From the IMG/VR virus record IMGVR_UViG_3300045988_079322: a DNA stretch of 59,973 bases. One strand, written 5' to 3'. How positions within the stretch are numbered: position 1 is the stretch's first letter; each line of letters opens with the position of its first letter. The translations under genes were made by a program, and so were the position numbers. The notes under the pieces were generated by a model. The model was not told the origin of the DNA. It ran no database searches and worked only from the letters and a program-made list of their open reading frames with translations. This document shows positions 36,528-46,825 of the stretch, in pieces. This DNA comes from a virus.

Positions 36528-37151
36528 TTAAATACTGCTCTTAGCAGTCTCACGAATTGCTTTTACCCAATCAGGAACATTATCTGTCTCTGGATGCTCC
36601 AAATTGAAAAGTCCTTTTGGGGTCTTATCATCTTCTTCATGTTTATCCTCAAGGTTAAAGTTTACCTTATTTCTAACACAAAGAATAGATAACTTAGCTT
36701 CAATATCATCTAAAGAATAAGTGTCAATATGCTCCACGACATCTTTCTTATCATCATCGCTAAGCATATAGAAACTATCAATCATTTGTTGCTTATTTTG
36801 ACGTTCAGCTTTGAGCTTAAACTTTTTCAATTCAGCAACTTCGGTATCTAGAGTATTCTTCTCTTGCTCAAGAGCAGAATATTTACCCTCTAATTCATTA
36901 AATTTAGCAAGCAACTCTGTATATTCGGTTACATCTTCGAGATTGTACTTGCCTTTCTTATCCTTATCCTCTTTTCCCTCTTTCTCAGGGGCAGGAGTTC
37001 CAGAAGAATTTTCTTTCTCCTTGTTTTTATCCTCTGGATTAGGATTATTTTTCTCGAATTCGGTAAGTGCTTTATTCTCATTATCCATAGGTTCTTGAGA
37101 GCCTCCTTTATTAAAAGTTTCTTTTAATTGATCCATCATAGAGTATACCAT
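36528..37151 (-). CDS. Scaffolding protein, 207 aa, acidic and coiled-coil, no TAG
   Basis: Highly charged K/E-rich sequence with heptad-like repeats (ELEGKYSALEQEKNTLDTEVAELKKFKLKAERQ). Located just before the capsid genes. Confidence 0.55.
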   Translation of the reverse strand: MVYSMMDQLKETFNKGGSQEPMDNENKALTEFEKNNPNPEDKNKEKENSSGTPAPEKEGKEDKDKKGKYNLEDVTEYTELLAKFNELEGKYSALEQEKNTLDTEVAELKKFKLKAERQNKQQMIDSFYMLSDDDKKDVVEHIDTYSLDDIEAKLSILCVRNKVNFNLEDKHEEDDKTPKGLFNLEHPETDNVPDWVKAIRETAKSSI

Positions 37152-37163
37152 AGTTTTAAGTTT

Positions 37164-37628
37164 CTAAAACTCTTGATTACCCTCTAAAGAAAATTGAGAA
37201 CTAAATTGAGCTCCCTCGAAACAAGGCTCAACATTTTCTCCGAGAACACATAATTTCTCAATCAATGCTTCATTGTAGATAAAGATTCTTTCATTTGTTT
37301 TTTCATCTTTTGTCCAAAATCCTGATTGATTTTTTTCATTTAATTCCATAGAATGATTGTTTCCATTTTCTAAAATTCTCTTAGATTCTGGATAAACACC
37401 AGTCCAAATATATACATCAGTAACTAGATATTCTCTTTCTACACCTTCATCATTGAACTTCTAAAACCATACATTAGCGTTATCTGGAACAAATCCATAA
37501 GGTCTTGTTACATCAACAATAGCAAACTTGCCGTCTTTAATATCAATCGCTCTATTGTGACCTTCAAAATCCTTTGTCTCTTGATTAAAATAGCCAACAA
37601 TAGGACTTCCCGGCAATTTACGCCCCAT
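37164..37628 (-). CDS. N-terminal domain ORF, about 155 aa. It is in the same frame as the scaffold gene and separated from it only by a TAG at 37164. Possible protease/scaffold nested arrangement.
   Basis: AAGGAAG then ATG 37626-37628. TAG 37164-37166 lies 4 codons upstream of the scaffold ATG, in frame. Confidence 0.35.
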
Positions 37629-37651
37629 CTCTATAGCTACTTCCTTGGTAA

Positions 37652-39307
37652 TCACTGTATGATTGCGGTTTGGCTGTTGACCAACATAACAAACTTTACA
37701 AACGCCTTTACTAACTAGAGGAGAAATCTAAGTGTTCTAAATATACTCCATTGTGTTTAAAATAGGAACACTAATATGCAAGTTCAATCCCTCCTTTATG
37801 ACGAACTTTCTTGATTAGCTATTGTCTTATCAGACTTTTCGCCATCTTCCTTCTTTGGCCTTCCGGCCCCATTACTGTTAGTTGAACTTGTCTATTTATT
37901 CTAAGAATTAGTATTAGATGACTAATTATTATTACCCAAATCTTTTCCGCTTCTGGTATTAGAACTCATAGGAGGAATCATAATCTCCGCCAAGTTCAAT
38001 ACTTCATTCTCAAATGTTAATGTAGCTAAGATGCTTGATTGAGAATGCCCTAAAGCGATTTGTGGCAACATCTTAGAATATCCTAACTGAGCGTGTTCTT
38101 TATACAACTTTGATAATTCTTTATAATTAAACTATGTTGTCTCTAACATCTCAGCTCTAAATTCATAATGATTCTTGCGGCTAAATTTTTCTACCACTCT
38201 ATTTAGTAATTCTGTAAACATAAGAGGTATATCTCTAACGCTAGATTCATCAGTCAATATAGAATTTGTTACAGCAATATTTCCATCGGCATTAAACAAA
38301 TTATGAGTTACACCTGAATTGTTGTAAACTGTACGTTCAACCTTTTCCAAATCGTCGGTTGTTGTATTGGAGTTATTGTCTTTTGTATCAATTTTTTCAA
38401 TGTCCGCAAAAGTTGTCAATACATCTACTCCAATAGCTCTTTTAAGCATAGCAACCGCGTTATTATGAATATCTCTAGCTTCATCAACGTCAAAAATTAA
38501 ATCACCATTCTTATCAAGAGGCAACTTCTAAATGATGATTTTCAATAGTTGCTACATTGTTTTTTGACGATCCAATTCTTGCGCCTAATCCAAATCAATA
38601 ATAGAAGGAATAACTCCCGCAAGGAAAGGAAATTCATTATCGTTTAAGCTAAACTTAACTGAAACACTAGGATCTAGAGGATACCAAACAGTTGTACTCC
38701 CCGGATAATCCCCCTTTAATTTCCCCTACTTATAAAGAATATAAGCCTTCTATATATCTTGAGGAAAAATCTTTAATATCTGAACCTTATACTGCGGATT
38801 TGGGAAATAAACATCAAAAAATTCAAGATTTAATTCAACAATAGGGTTAGGGCCTTGGAAATATCTATTGCGACAATATGAAGCAGGTAGTTTCTAAATG
38901 GCAAACCTATCCCCGAAGTCAATAATTATGCCATAATATGCCCCTTCTTTGATAATATCTAATGATATATTGCCAAACATTCTCTTTATATTAGATTTAT
39001 CAAGATAAAGCAATACTTTAGAAAAGTCTTTTAATAGCTTCTCCTTATCTTTCCGCGCGCTTACGGTATATGGGGTTATATACCAATCAAATCTGTATAA
39101 GAAAGCTAGGTATTTACATAATCTGTAATATATACCACTACTTTCATAGAAATAATTAGAAATCTCTCTTAGAGTTCTATAATCATGCTTATAGATAGCA
39201 TTTAATACGAACTTCTTATCTCCATAATTTCTATTTATTTTCTTATATGTACCTAGATTAATAAGCGCATCATCTACCGAGCGAAGCCCCACCCGCATCT
39301 TAGCATA
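37652..39307 (-). CDS. Portal protein candidate, about 550 aa, many TAG
   Basis: Fragments 38894..39298, 38132..38524 and 37922..38107 share one frame and join through TAG codons. Lies between the terminase and scaffold genes. TGA at 37652-37654. Confidence 0.45.
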
Positions 39308-39429
39308 ATCAACGCTCTTATAATCTAAGTCGTCCTCTTCCTCTTGCTACTAATAGCGAGTAACGTCTTGATTTAATAAATCAAAACCTTTGGCTCTAAT
39401 ACTTTCTTGTCTACTCTTTAACAAAATAT

Positions 39430-39804
39430 CACCTCCCGGATTCAGTATCCAGCCTTGCTCATTAAGTAATCATAAGAGATGATATTTTCCTCGGTATAGG
39501 GAACTTCTATAAGCGTAATTCCTTTTAAGGCACAAAATCTACGCTTTTGATTATCATTATATTTCTATTGATATAATCCTCTATTTCCACCAAATTTACT
39601 TACAGCCTAATAGTGCTATTTTCCTTGATATTCAATTAAAAAATCAAGATTTCCATCGTCATCAAAAACAGCAAAATCAAAACGAAGTGGTCTACCGCTT
39701 GGCGCTTTTAACCCAGGAAATTCATACTCTTCTTTAAAGTTTATGCCATTTTGCTCTAGTATTTCATGAATTTTAATTTCTCCACGACTAGCTTTCATAC
39801 TCAC
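39430..39804 (-). CDS. Vsr/DUF559-like PD-(D/E)xK nuclease (homing-endonuclease-like) inserted between the large terminase and portal genes. 3' end approximate.
   Basis: Motif RFDFAVFDDDGNLDFLIEYQGK-TAG-HY...QKRRFCALKGITLIEVPY. ATG overlaps the large terminase TGA (ATGA). Confidence 0.4.
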
Positions 39805-41546
39805 ACCTCGCTCATAAACATAAAGTCTGAAAATCTTCTACTTTTACGCTTGCGTTTACTATCTTCTTCCTATTTAATATAATACAACCCATATTCAAGC
39901 GCAGAGAATTTATCTTTAGGCACGGATTTATTTGCTTGTTTCAAAATAATATTCACGCCTTCATTTTCTTCTCGCAAATTCAGCATTTCTTCTCTTAATA
40001 TAGAAGTTAAAGTGAACGGTTTTAAATATTCTGCCCGTTCTTCTGGTTTCATAGCCTAACCTTTTTTAGTACCAAGCAATTTATTTCTTGCGACTTTTTC
40101 ATCAATCAAAAATCTAAGTTTTCCTGCTCTTAATTGTGTCTAAACATTACTATGTGCCTCGGTATTAATAGGGGCGTTAGCCTTAATTTCATAAATAGCA
40201 TCATATTCCGTATTCTCTGTTCTAAATCGTTTATACTCACCATCTTCATCATTGGCCACACCAAAGTCAGGAAAAACTTCATTGGTATCAGGCACTATCT
40301 AAGGCTTAACCATATAATCCATCAATCCGGCGCCAAGGCCATTACCGTCGATTACAATAATCTTAGCCTTATAATTATAATATAATCTCTTTAACTTAAT
40401 TGCCTAGTCTTCAAAATGTTCATCGTCCATAGTATATATATTTACCAAAGACTTTATAGCAGGTCCTTGTGACTAAGGAGTTACCTTAAAGACACAAACA
40501 ACAGATTGACATTTCTTTCTACCTACATCAACAGAAAGAACATAATAAGCCTGTGCAGAAGATCTTCCAGACGATTCATATTCAGGCTAAAGAAGTTTTC
40601 TACTTCTATCAAAAGCATCTCCATTAAAGAAAGCATCTTCAACAGTTCCACTCCACTTAGATTCATACTCTCTATCGAATGAAGCTTCATTAAAAGTACC
40701 GTCCTATTTTAGTTCCTATACGAAATTGCGGGATTGCAATCCTACTAGTACAGGAATTCTCCATGTTCCGCCCATAACAATACTCTTTTCTGGTTCTAAT
40801 ATCATGCGTACAAGGAGAGTAATAAGTTTATTGTAGGGGAACGTATTCTTCCATCCCGCAGTAGTAACATAAATCTAGGATTTATTGAGTGTTTCCTCTT
40901 CATGAACAGAACCATCTAAACATCTTCTATCAACGTTCATCAAGGGAATTAAAACTTCGTTTAGAATATCTCCATCTACGCCGACGCACTCCTCAATAAG
41001 TCCGCCATGTCTACGTTTACCACGAGAAGATTCTCTAGCTGCTACGTTATCAAAGTAGGAGCCGTTTTTGAAGATATATTTACAATAATCTTTTCCTTCC
41101 TATGTCTTACCTCGTCTCCAATCAATTTCTCTTTGGAGCGCGGGGATTGCATTACATATTTCCTAGACTTTTTCTTTAGCAATTCCAGCTGCTTGTTCCT
41201 TTCCTCCAGAAGTAATGAATAACTTACATCCGGGATATAAAATACATCTACACATAAGCACCATTACAGAAAGAAATGACTTAGAATAAGCACGGGGGAA
41301 TACCATGTATACATACTTATACCGCATTGCGGCCCGCAAGAAAACTCTCTAGTAAAAATAAAAGTTAATTTCTTTTTTCCTAGTTTCATCCCCACCAGTC
41401 TGCAAGAAATCAATAAACATATCTGGATATTCTCTCCAAAAAGCTATATACTATCTTGCCGCGGGGATTATGGCTCGAACTCTTTCTTCTGAAAGACCAA
41501 TCTTTTTATTATTATTCGAGAGGTTTAATAAATCTTTTAATGCCAT
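39801..41546 (-). CDS. terL: Terminase large subunit, about 581 aa, about 12 in-frame TAG
   Basis: AAGGAGG Shine-Dalgarno then ATG 41544-41546. ATPase-like stretch ...KLFITSGGKEQAAGIAKEKV-TAG-EICNAIPALQREIDWRRGKT-TAG-EGKDY...SSRGKRRHGGLIEEC, and a C-terminal nuclease-like stretch IVIDGNGLGAGLMDYM. TGA at 39801-39803. Confidence 0.7.
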
Positions 41547-42720
41547 TACTAAACCTCCTTTAGTATGCTATTTAGCATCTCTTCATCCTTATCTCTTTCG
41601 GATTCTTTCATATCCTCATACTCTTGATAATCTTCTTCTGTTAATTCTGGATGTTCATAATTAAATAAATCTTCATCCTCATCGCTATCCTCAACATCAA
41701 TATTCGCTTCGCGCTCTTTATCTTTCACGATTTCTCTCAAAGAAGCCTCAATCATATTACCAAGATTCATTTCTTCTGTAACTAGAGTATGCGTATATTG
41801 CTACAAATCCTAAAGAGTTCTATCTACTTTATCCTATGGCCCATCAGTATAATATCTAGGAATAAATCCTTCTTTCTCACATAATGCTACCAGCTCGCCA
41901 ATAGAATCAACAAATTCGCCGGATTCTCCCTTATTCTAAGCGGCAGTGAACTTTCCGCTTTTCATTAAGCTATCATAGGCCTTCTACATTTTCTAAAAGC
42001 CATCAATATCTCCAGCATCAATTAACTAATTCGCTTTCAAACTAGTCTTGCATACCATAATAAGAGTATCTTTATGTCCAGCTCCCTAAATATCATATGA
42101 ACTCATCATATCCTTATAGAGCTACTCCATTCGCACTCTTTCTTCCCAAGAATAACCTCGACCCCATTTAAGACGAAGCATTAATTTATCTTCTTCTGTT
42201 AGCTAATCGCTAAAGTCATCTTCTTCCTCTTCTGGATCTTGATATTCTGGAGTTCCAACTGGAGCCTAAACATCTTCTAACTCCTTTGGTTTTGGCGGAG
42301 TTCTATCAATAGCTAATTGCTCTTGAATTTCATCCTCTGTAAATCCTTGAGCTTTCATATTAAGAACTTTTTTCTCAGTTGAATCCTTCTCTAGTGCCTC
42401 TGTATCTGCCCAAGTATATTTATTCCATTGTTTTAATTTCATTTTGGATAAATAGCGTCCAATAATAGTTAATCCAGTAACCTTTTTTGGATCTTTTCCA
42501 TACCTCTCTAATAAGCCATTCCACTCTTCTTTGATGTATGGAACATCAATTTCCTACAAAATCCACTTATATGTCTCTGGATTCCAGTTGTCTACGTGCA
42601 TCGTAAGACATTTCTTACAGACATCCATCTTTCCATCTGGAGGATATTTTTCTATATTCTTTGATGTATAAAACTATGTATCATCCATAGTTTTACCACA
42701 CTTTTTACAATAATGACTCA
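41546..42720 (-). CDS. Small-terminase-position gene or genes: TAG-rich coding region with an N-terminal CxxC...CxxC motif and a highly acidic C-terminus. Frame continuity unresolved.
   Basis: GTG 42718-42720 with AAAGAGG Shine-Dalgarno. ORF fragment 41549..41770 reads through TAG to TAA 41546-41548, overlapping the large terminase ATG. The two ends appear to lie in different frames. This may be a programmed shift, two genes, or a reading error. Confidence 0.25.
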
Positions 42721-42726
42721 CTATAA

Positions 42727-43785
42727 TCAACCTCTTTTCTTGTTACGACACTTCTTACAAATACTATATAAATTATCTTTACTTGTCTTATTTTTTGAAA
42801 AGAATTGATTATGAGCTGGCTTTAATTGCCCACACTTAGAACATTTTTTCATTGGATAATTTCTGTTTTTATACTACCAATATAAAAAATCCTCTAGGGC
42901 GGCTTCGGCTATCAATTTAGGAATTTTATTTCTCCATAAACTGGAGATATATTCCACGCTATATGTTTTTCCGAACTCTTCATTTAATATTTCCTATATC
43001 TCATTATTCTGCTTTTTATCAATCTTTAACTCAACAATTCGTAAATAGATTGGAAAATCCTCAAGAGCTTTATCGCATATCTCTTCAAACGCTTGAATTA
43101 GATACCACGTATCCCCATCGAACTAATCATAACTATCTTCTTTTAATTTTGAATAATTGCATAAAATAGCAGAAACTACATTTGGATCCATTAAGGAAAT
43201 ACCTTTAACGACTACTTCCTATCCATTAAGATAACTTTCATCATTAAGAGGTATATGTGTTCTTGTATTTCTTGTTAGCTTACAAGGAACTATAGGCTTT
43301 TGATATGCCTATTTAATAATATACTAATCTTTTCGCATTTCTATCAATGCTTTTTTCATCATATAAGCTTGTTTCGTTCCCGCGGCGCGTTTCAAGGCAC
43401 CTTCCCAAGCATTAATGGTTTCTCTTAACTATTTTAAACATGGTATAGAATCTAAATCTTTCTGTGTAATAGAAATCTTTGGCTAAAATATAACATTTTT
43501 ATTATCTGACATTAAACCATAAATGCCATCCTCGCCATTTTCCATCTATGAAGCGAGTCCCTCAAAAGAACATTCTCGTTTATTGACGGTGGCCATTCGG
43601 TTATCAGTCAATATGTTCTTCTCTTTCTTCTCTTGTTTCTCCATACATAGAACTAAATAATCTGCTAATACTTCTAAATAACCTGGAGTTAAATCAGGAT
43701 TTTCTGCGATTATTTTTTCGACAAGCGCCTTGCGCTCTTCGGGAGATTCAATCGTATAGTCTAATTTTATCATATACTGGTTCAT
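42727..43785 (-). CDS. First gene of the late operon, about 350 aa, 9 TAG, C-terminal Cys4 zinc ribbon (CSKCGQ...CKKCRNKK)
   Basis: Starts just downstream of the late promoter. Reads through TAG at 43546, 43483, 43429 and others to TGA 42727-42729. Confidence 0.35.
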
Positions 43786-43802
43786 CTCCTTTTTATACTC
43801 AT

Positions 43803-43831
43803 ATAATAACAAAAAAAAACTAGATTGTCAA
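43803..43831 (-). promoter_or_regulatory. Late-operon promoter: TTGACA-17-TATTAT with TGn
   Basis: Reverse complement of 43826-43831 is TTGACA and of 43803-43808 is TATTAT, with a 17-nt spacer. Confidence 0.5.
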
Positions 43832-43838
43832 ATCTTAT

Positions 43839-43867
43839 TTGACCAATGTTTTTTAAAATGGTATAAT
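43839..43867 (+). promoter_or_regulatory. Divergent promoter: TTGACC-17-TATAAT with TG
   Basis: TTGACC at 43839-43844 and TATAAT at 43862-43867. AGGGAGG Shine-Dalgarno at 43883-43889. Confidence 0.5.
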
Positions 43868-43900
43868 TTAAATATAATAAATAGGGAGGTTTTTAATAAA

Positions 43901-44239
43901 ATGTTTTTCGATACACCCTATTCTGAATTACCAAAACGAGCATAGTATTACTTTAACATTTTAATTATAAGCATAGCAGTATAGCCAGAAGTTCTAACAG
44001 ACATACTTGGACATAAAAACACTGTTGACTTATGGGATGTTCAAAATATCAATAATGCAAGACCAACGGCTTTGCATATTTATGCTTCATATAATTTAGA
44101 TAGAGATTCTGATTATGAAATATGTTGTATCCCACATTAGGTTTTAGAAATAACGCCTAATAACAAAATATCATTCTATGATATGATTGATTATGATACT
44201 GATGATCCATGGGGGCTAGAACCAGATGCAATAGATTAA
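43901..44239 (+). CDS. Hypothetical protein, 112 aa, with 3 in-frame TAG
   Basis: ATG after AGGGAGG. Coherent frame through TAG at 43943, 43982 and 44123. TAA at 44237-44239. Confidence 0.4.
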
Positions 44240-45017
44240 CATAAAAGAATATTTTAAACAATAGAAAGATGAATTGCGGCAGTCCGATGTCAAGCCATCA
44301 TTGACCATAATTGATGCAACTAACGGGGATGCCGGAAATTAGATTTATATATAGAAAAAAGTAGACGACTTTGATGAATTAGGATGGCCAGTAAGCGTGA
44401 TTAAAGTTCCAGAACACTGGACTCCCGCAGATTTAAATAATTACATAAATAGTATAGATACTGATTGTATTATAGCACAAATGCCACTAAGAGATTCATT
44501 GAGTTCTTTTTCTATTGATGTAATTCCTACGATAAAAGACTGCGACGGTTTAACTTCTTCTACTCTTGTTTTACCGGCAACGGTAAGAGGAATAGTAGAC
44601 TATCTTGATGACTGTGGTTTTAAGTATGAAGGTAAAAGTGCTTTAATATTAGGTAGAAGTAATATAGTTGGTAAGCCAATGGCGAAAGAGTTGTTGGCGA
44701 GAAATATGACTGTATCTATCTGTCACAGTAAAACAAATGTAAATGCGAAGCTTTATTTAGCAAGAATAGCAGATTTAGTAGTATCCGCAGTTGGAGATTT
44801 TACTTTGACAAGAGAGGCTTGCCCTCACGCTATTGTTGTTGATGTTGGTATTCGTAGAAATTAGGCGAATTTTATTCAAGGCGATTTTGTTGAACTTGAA
44901 GATATTGCAAAGAGAAATGAAGTGTGGTCAACTCCTGTGCCCGGAGGGGTGGGATTATTGACTAGATTGGGGTTGATGAAAAATTGCTTATAGTTAGCGA
45001 AACAGGCGCGAAGATAA
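44226..45017 (+). CDS. folD: FolD-like bifunctional methylenetetrahydrofolate dehydrogenase/cyclohydrolase, about 263 aa, 6 in-frame TAG
   Basis: N-terminal ...GDAGN-TAG-IYI-TAG-KK... aligns with the FolD SNPASQIYVASKRK motif. Central GKSALILGRSNIVGKPMA matches the Rossmann-fold GxSxxVGxPM. C-terminal VVDVGIRRN-TAG-ANFIQGDFV...STPVPGGVGLLT matches VIDVGINR...TPVPGGVGPMT. TAA at 45015-45017. Confidence 0.75.
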
Positions 45018-45376
45018 TGAAATTCTCAGAAGATTTTGATAATTATGCTAGAGAGGTTCTTCATATTGAAAATCCTTTTCGAGAATTTTATCGTACACAG
45101 GATTCAACATTTAAGACTAATATTGATGGCAGCATAACAGTAGATATGGAGAAATCCAGAGAAATATACAGAGAAACAAAAATAAATAGAGAAGAATGGG
45201 TAAAGCTGAGGAATAGATATATCGCAGAAAGAATATTGCGAGAACTCGGGTATGAAGTCCTATTAGCTTCGTCTTATTTTGAGGATTACCCTGATGCAAT
45301 TCCCTGTGATGGAGCTACAGGACAGTGTTTACTAGATTGTAGAATAAAGGGGTGTAAATATGAACCCATGCATTGA
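45017..45376 (+). CDS. Hypothetical protein, 119 aa
   Basis: ATG overlaps the FolD stop (TAATG). Intact, TGA stop. Confidence 0.45.
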   Translation: MKFSEDFDNYAREVLHIENPFREFYRTQDSTFKTNIDGSITVDMEKSREIYRETKINREEWVKLRNRYIAERILRELGYEVLLASSYFEDYPDAIPCDGATGQCLLDCRIKGCKYEPMH

Positions 45377-45575
45377 TTATTGTTATCTTAGATTGCATCA
45401 ATAGTATGATCCAATTAGATGCGATGATTCATGCGAATATGCAAAAGTAATAAAAGAAAACAAAGAGTTAAAGTAGAAGATCGAGGAATTAAAAACTCAA
45501 CACACTTTATTTGAAAAATAAAATAAGACAATTATTTAATTTTGCCCAACGGCATTTTTATAAAAGGAGGCCGCG

Positions 45576-46340
45576 ATGACAAAACAAGAGCGCGCAATCA
45601 AGGCACGAGCGCATTATGAAGATATTAAAACTAGACTTGCCGCAAACACTAAATTATCTATCGAGCGCACATATGTATATAGTCCAGATTCTTTTACACA
45701 GCATGAATCCGGCAATCAGAAACCAGCTTTTACTCTAACAGATATGGATAGCGTATCTTGTCTATTCAACTTATCTGACAATGGTAGAACAGCAATTCTT
45801 AACTATGCCAGTTATAAAAGTCCTGGTGGTTTCTTCCTAGAAGGTAGTCCTGCGCAAGAAGAGGCTCTGTGTCATGAATCCAATCTTTACCCTATTCTTC
45901 TTGCTTTTGATGGGACGTATTACGCATGGAATCGGCAGAGGTTAAATAAGGCTTTATACTTGAATAGAGCGCTGTATTCTCCTAGTGTAGTATTCGAGCG
46001 GAATGACAAACAAAAGAAAGCAGATGTTATAACTTGCGCGGCCCCGAATTTCCGAACGGCGCATAGATACCAGAGTGTGAGTAAAAGCGAGAATGATAGA
46101 GTTCTTGAAAATCGAATTCACTTTATGTATCAGATTGCTGAGGAAAACGGTGTGGAAAATCTAGTCGCGGGAGCTTGGGGTTGTGGAGTTTTTATGCAGG
46201 ATCCGTACACGGTCGCAACCTTACTCATAGGCGCAGCACGCAATTATAATATTCCAAATATTTATTTTGCAATTCCTGACCGCAATTCCCAGAATTTTAG
46301 AGCATTTTTGAAAGCAGGTAAAGAATGTATAAACAGTTAA
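45576..46340 (+). CDS. Macrodomain protein of the bacterial PARG-like DUF2263/TIGR02452 type, 254 aa
   Basis: AAAGGAGG Shine-Dalgarno. Motif SPGGFFLEGSPAQEE fits the PARG signature GG-x6-8-QEE. No TAG. Confidence 0.65.
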   Translation: MTKQERAIKARAHYEDIKTRLAANTKLSIERTYVYSPDSFTQHESGNQKPAFTLTDMDSVSCLFNLSDNGRTAILNYASYKSPGGFFLEGSPAQEEALCHESNLYPILLAFDGTYYAWNRQRLNKALYLNRALYSPSVVFERNDKQKKADVITCAAPNFRTAHRYQSVSKSENDRVLENRIHFMYQIAEENGVENLVAGAWGCGVFMQDPYTVATLLIGAARNYNIPNIYFAIPDRNSQNFRAFLKAGKECINS

Positions 46341-46762
46341 TTATAGCTAGAAAAGATTTAAATATGTCTCCGGGTAAGCTAGCTGCGCAAGTTTCCCATG
46401 CTTCTATTGCTTTTCTTTTGGAAAAGATTCTTTGGGGAAGCAAAGAAGTGGTTCGGGAAAGAGATGGCATTATGTATCATATGGATATAAGTCTCGATAC
46501 AGACTTATTCCATGATTGGATAACTGGAGCAGAAACTAAAGTTGTTTGCCGCGCGAAGAATAAAGATGATTTATTGCGAGCGGTCGAAGCAGCTAAAGAG
46601 CTTGGTATGGAGGAGTATAAAGATTACTTTTTGATTTATGATGCTTGCAGGACAGAGCTGGAAAAAGAGAGTCCTGAAGGGACTCTCACTTGTATTGGAT
46701 TTAGACCAATGGAAGCTGAGGAGATTGATAAAATTGGGAAGAAATATCAATTATACCATTAA
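46325..46762 (+). CDS. Peptidyl-tRNA hydrolase, PTH2 family, 145 aa
   Basis: N-terminus LIIARKDLNMSPGKLAAQVSHASIA matches the PTH2 signature (xVVRxDLxMxxGKxAAQxxHA). Overlaps the end of the macrodomain gene by 16 nt. Confidence 0.65.
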   Translation: MYKQLIIARKDLNMSPGKLAAQVSHASIAFLLEKILWGSKEVVRERDGIMYHMDISLDTDLFHDWITGAETKVVCRAKNKDDLLRAVEAAKELGMEEYKDYFLIYDACRTELEKESPEGTLTCIGFRPMEAEEIDKIGKKYQLYH

Positions 46763-46785
46763 GGGATATTTTTGCCCTAACTGTG

Positions 46786-46825
46786 GAGAAAAGATGAAAG
46801 GTTAAAAGTTTAGCCTTTCATCTTT
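46786..46825 (+). terminator. Intrinsic terminator after the macrodomain/PTH2 operon
   Basis: GATGAAAGG-n12-CCTTTCATC followed by TTTTTTT. Confidence 0.6.

Noticed and set aside
44259-44864. FolD as an N-terminally truncated pseudogene (ORF-track 44397..44864 only)
   Set aside because: Extending upstream through three TAG codons to ATG 44226 recovers the conserved N-terminal FolD motifs. The gene is full length under TAG-as-sense.
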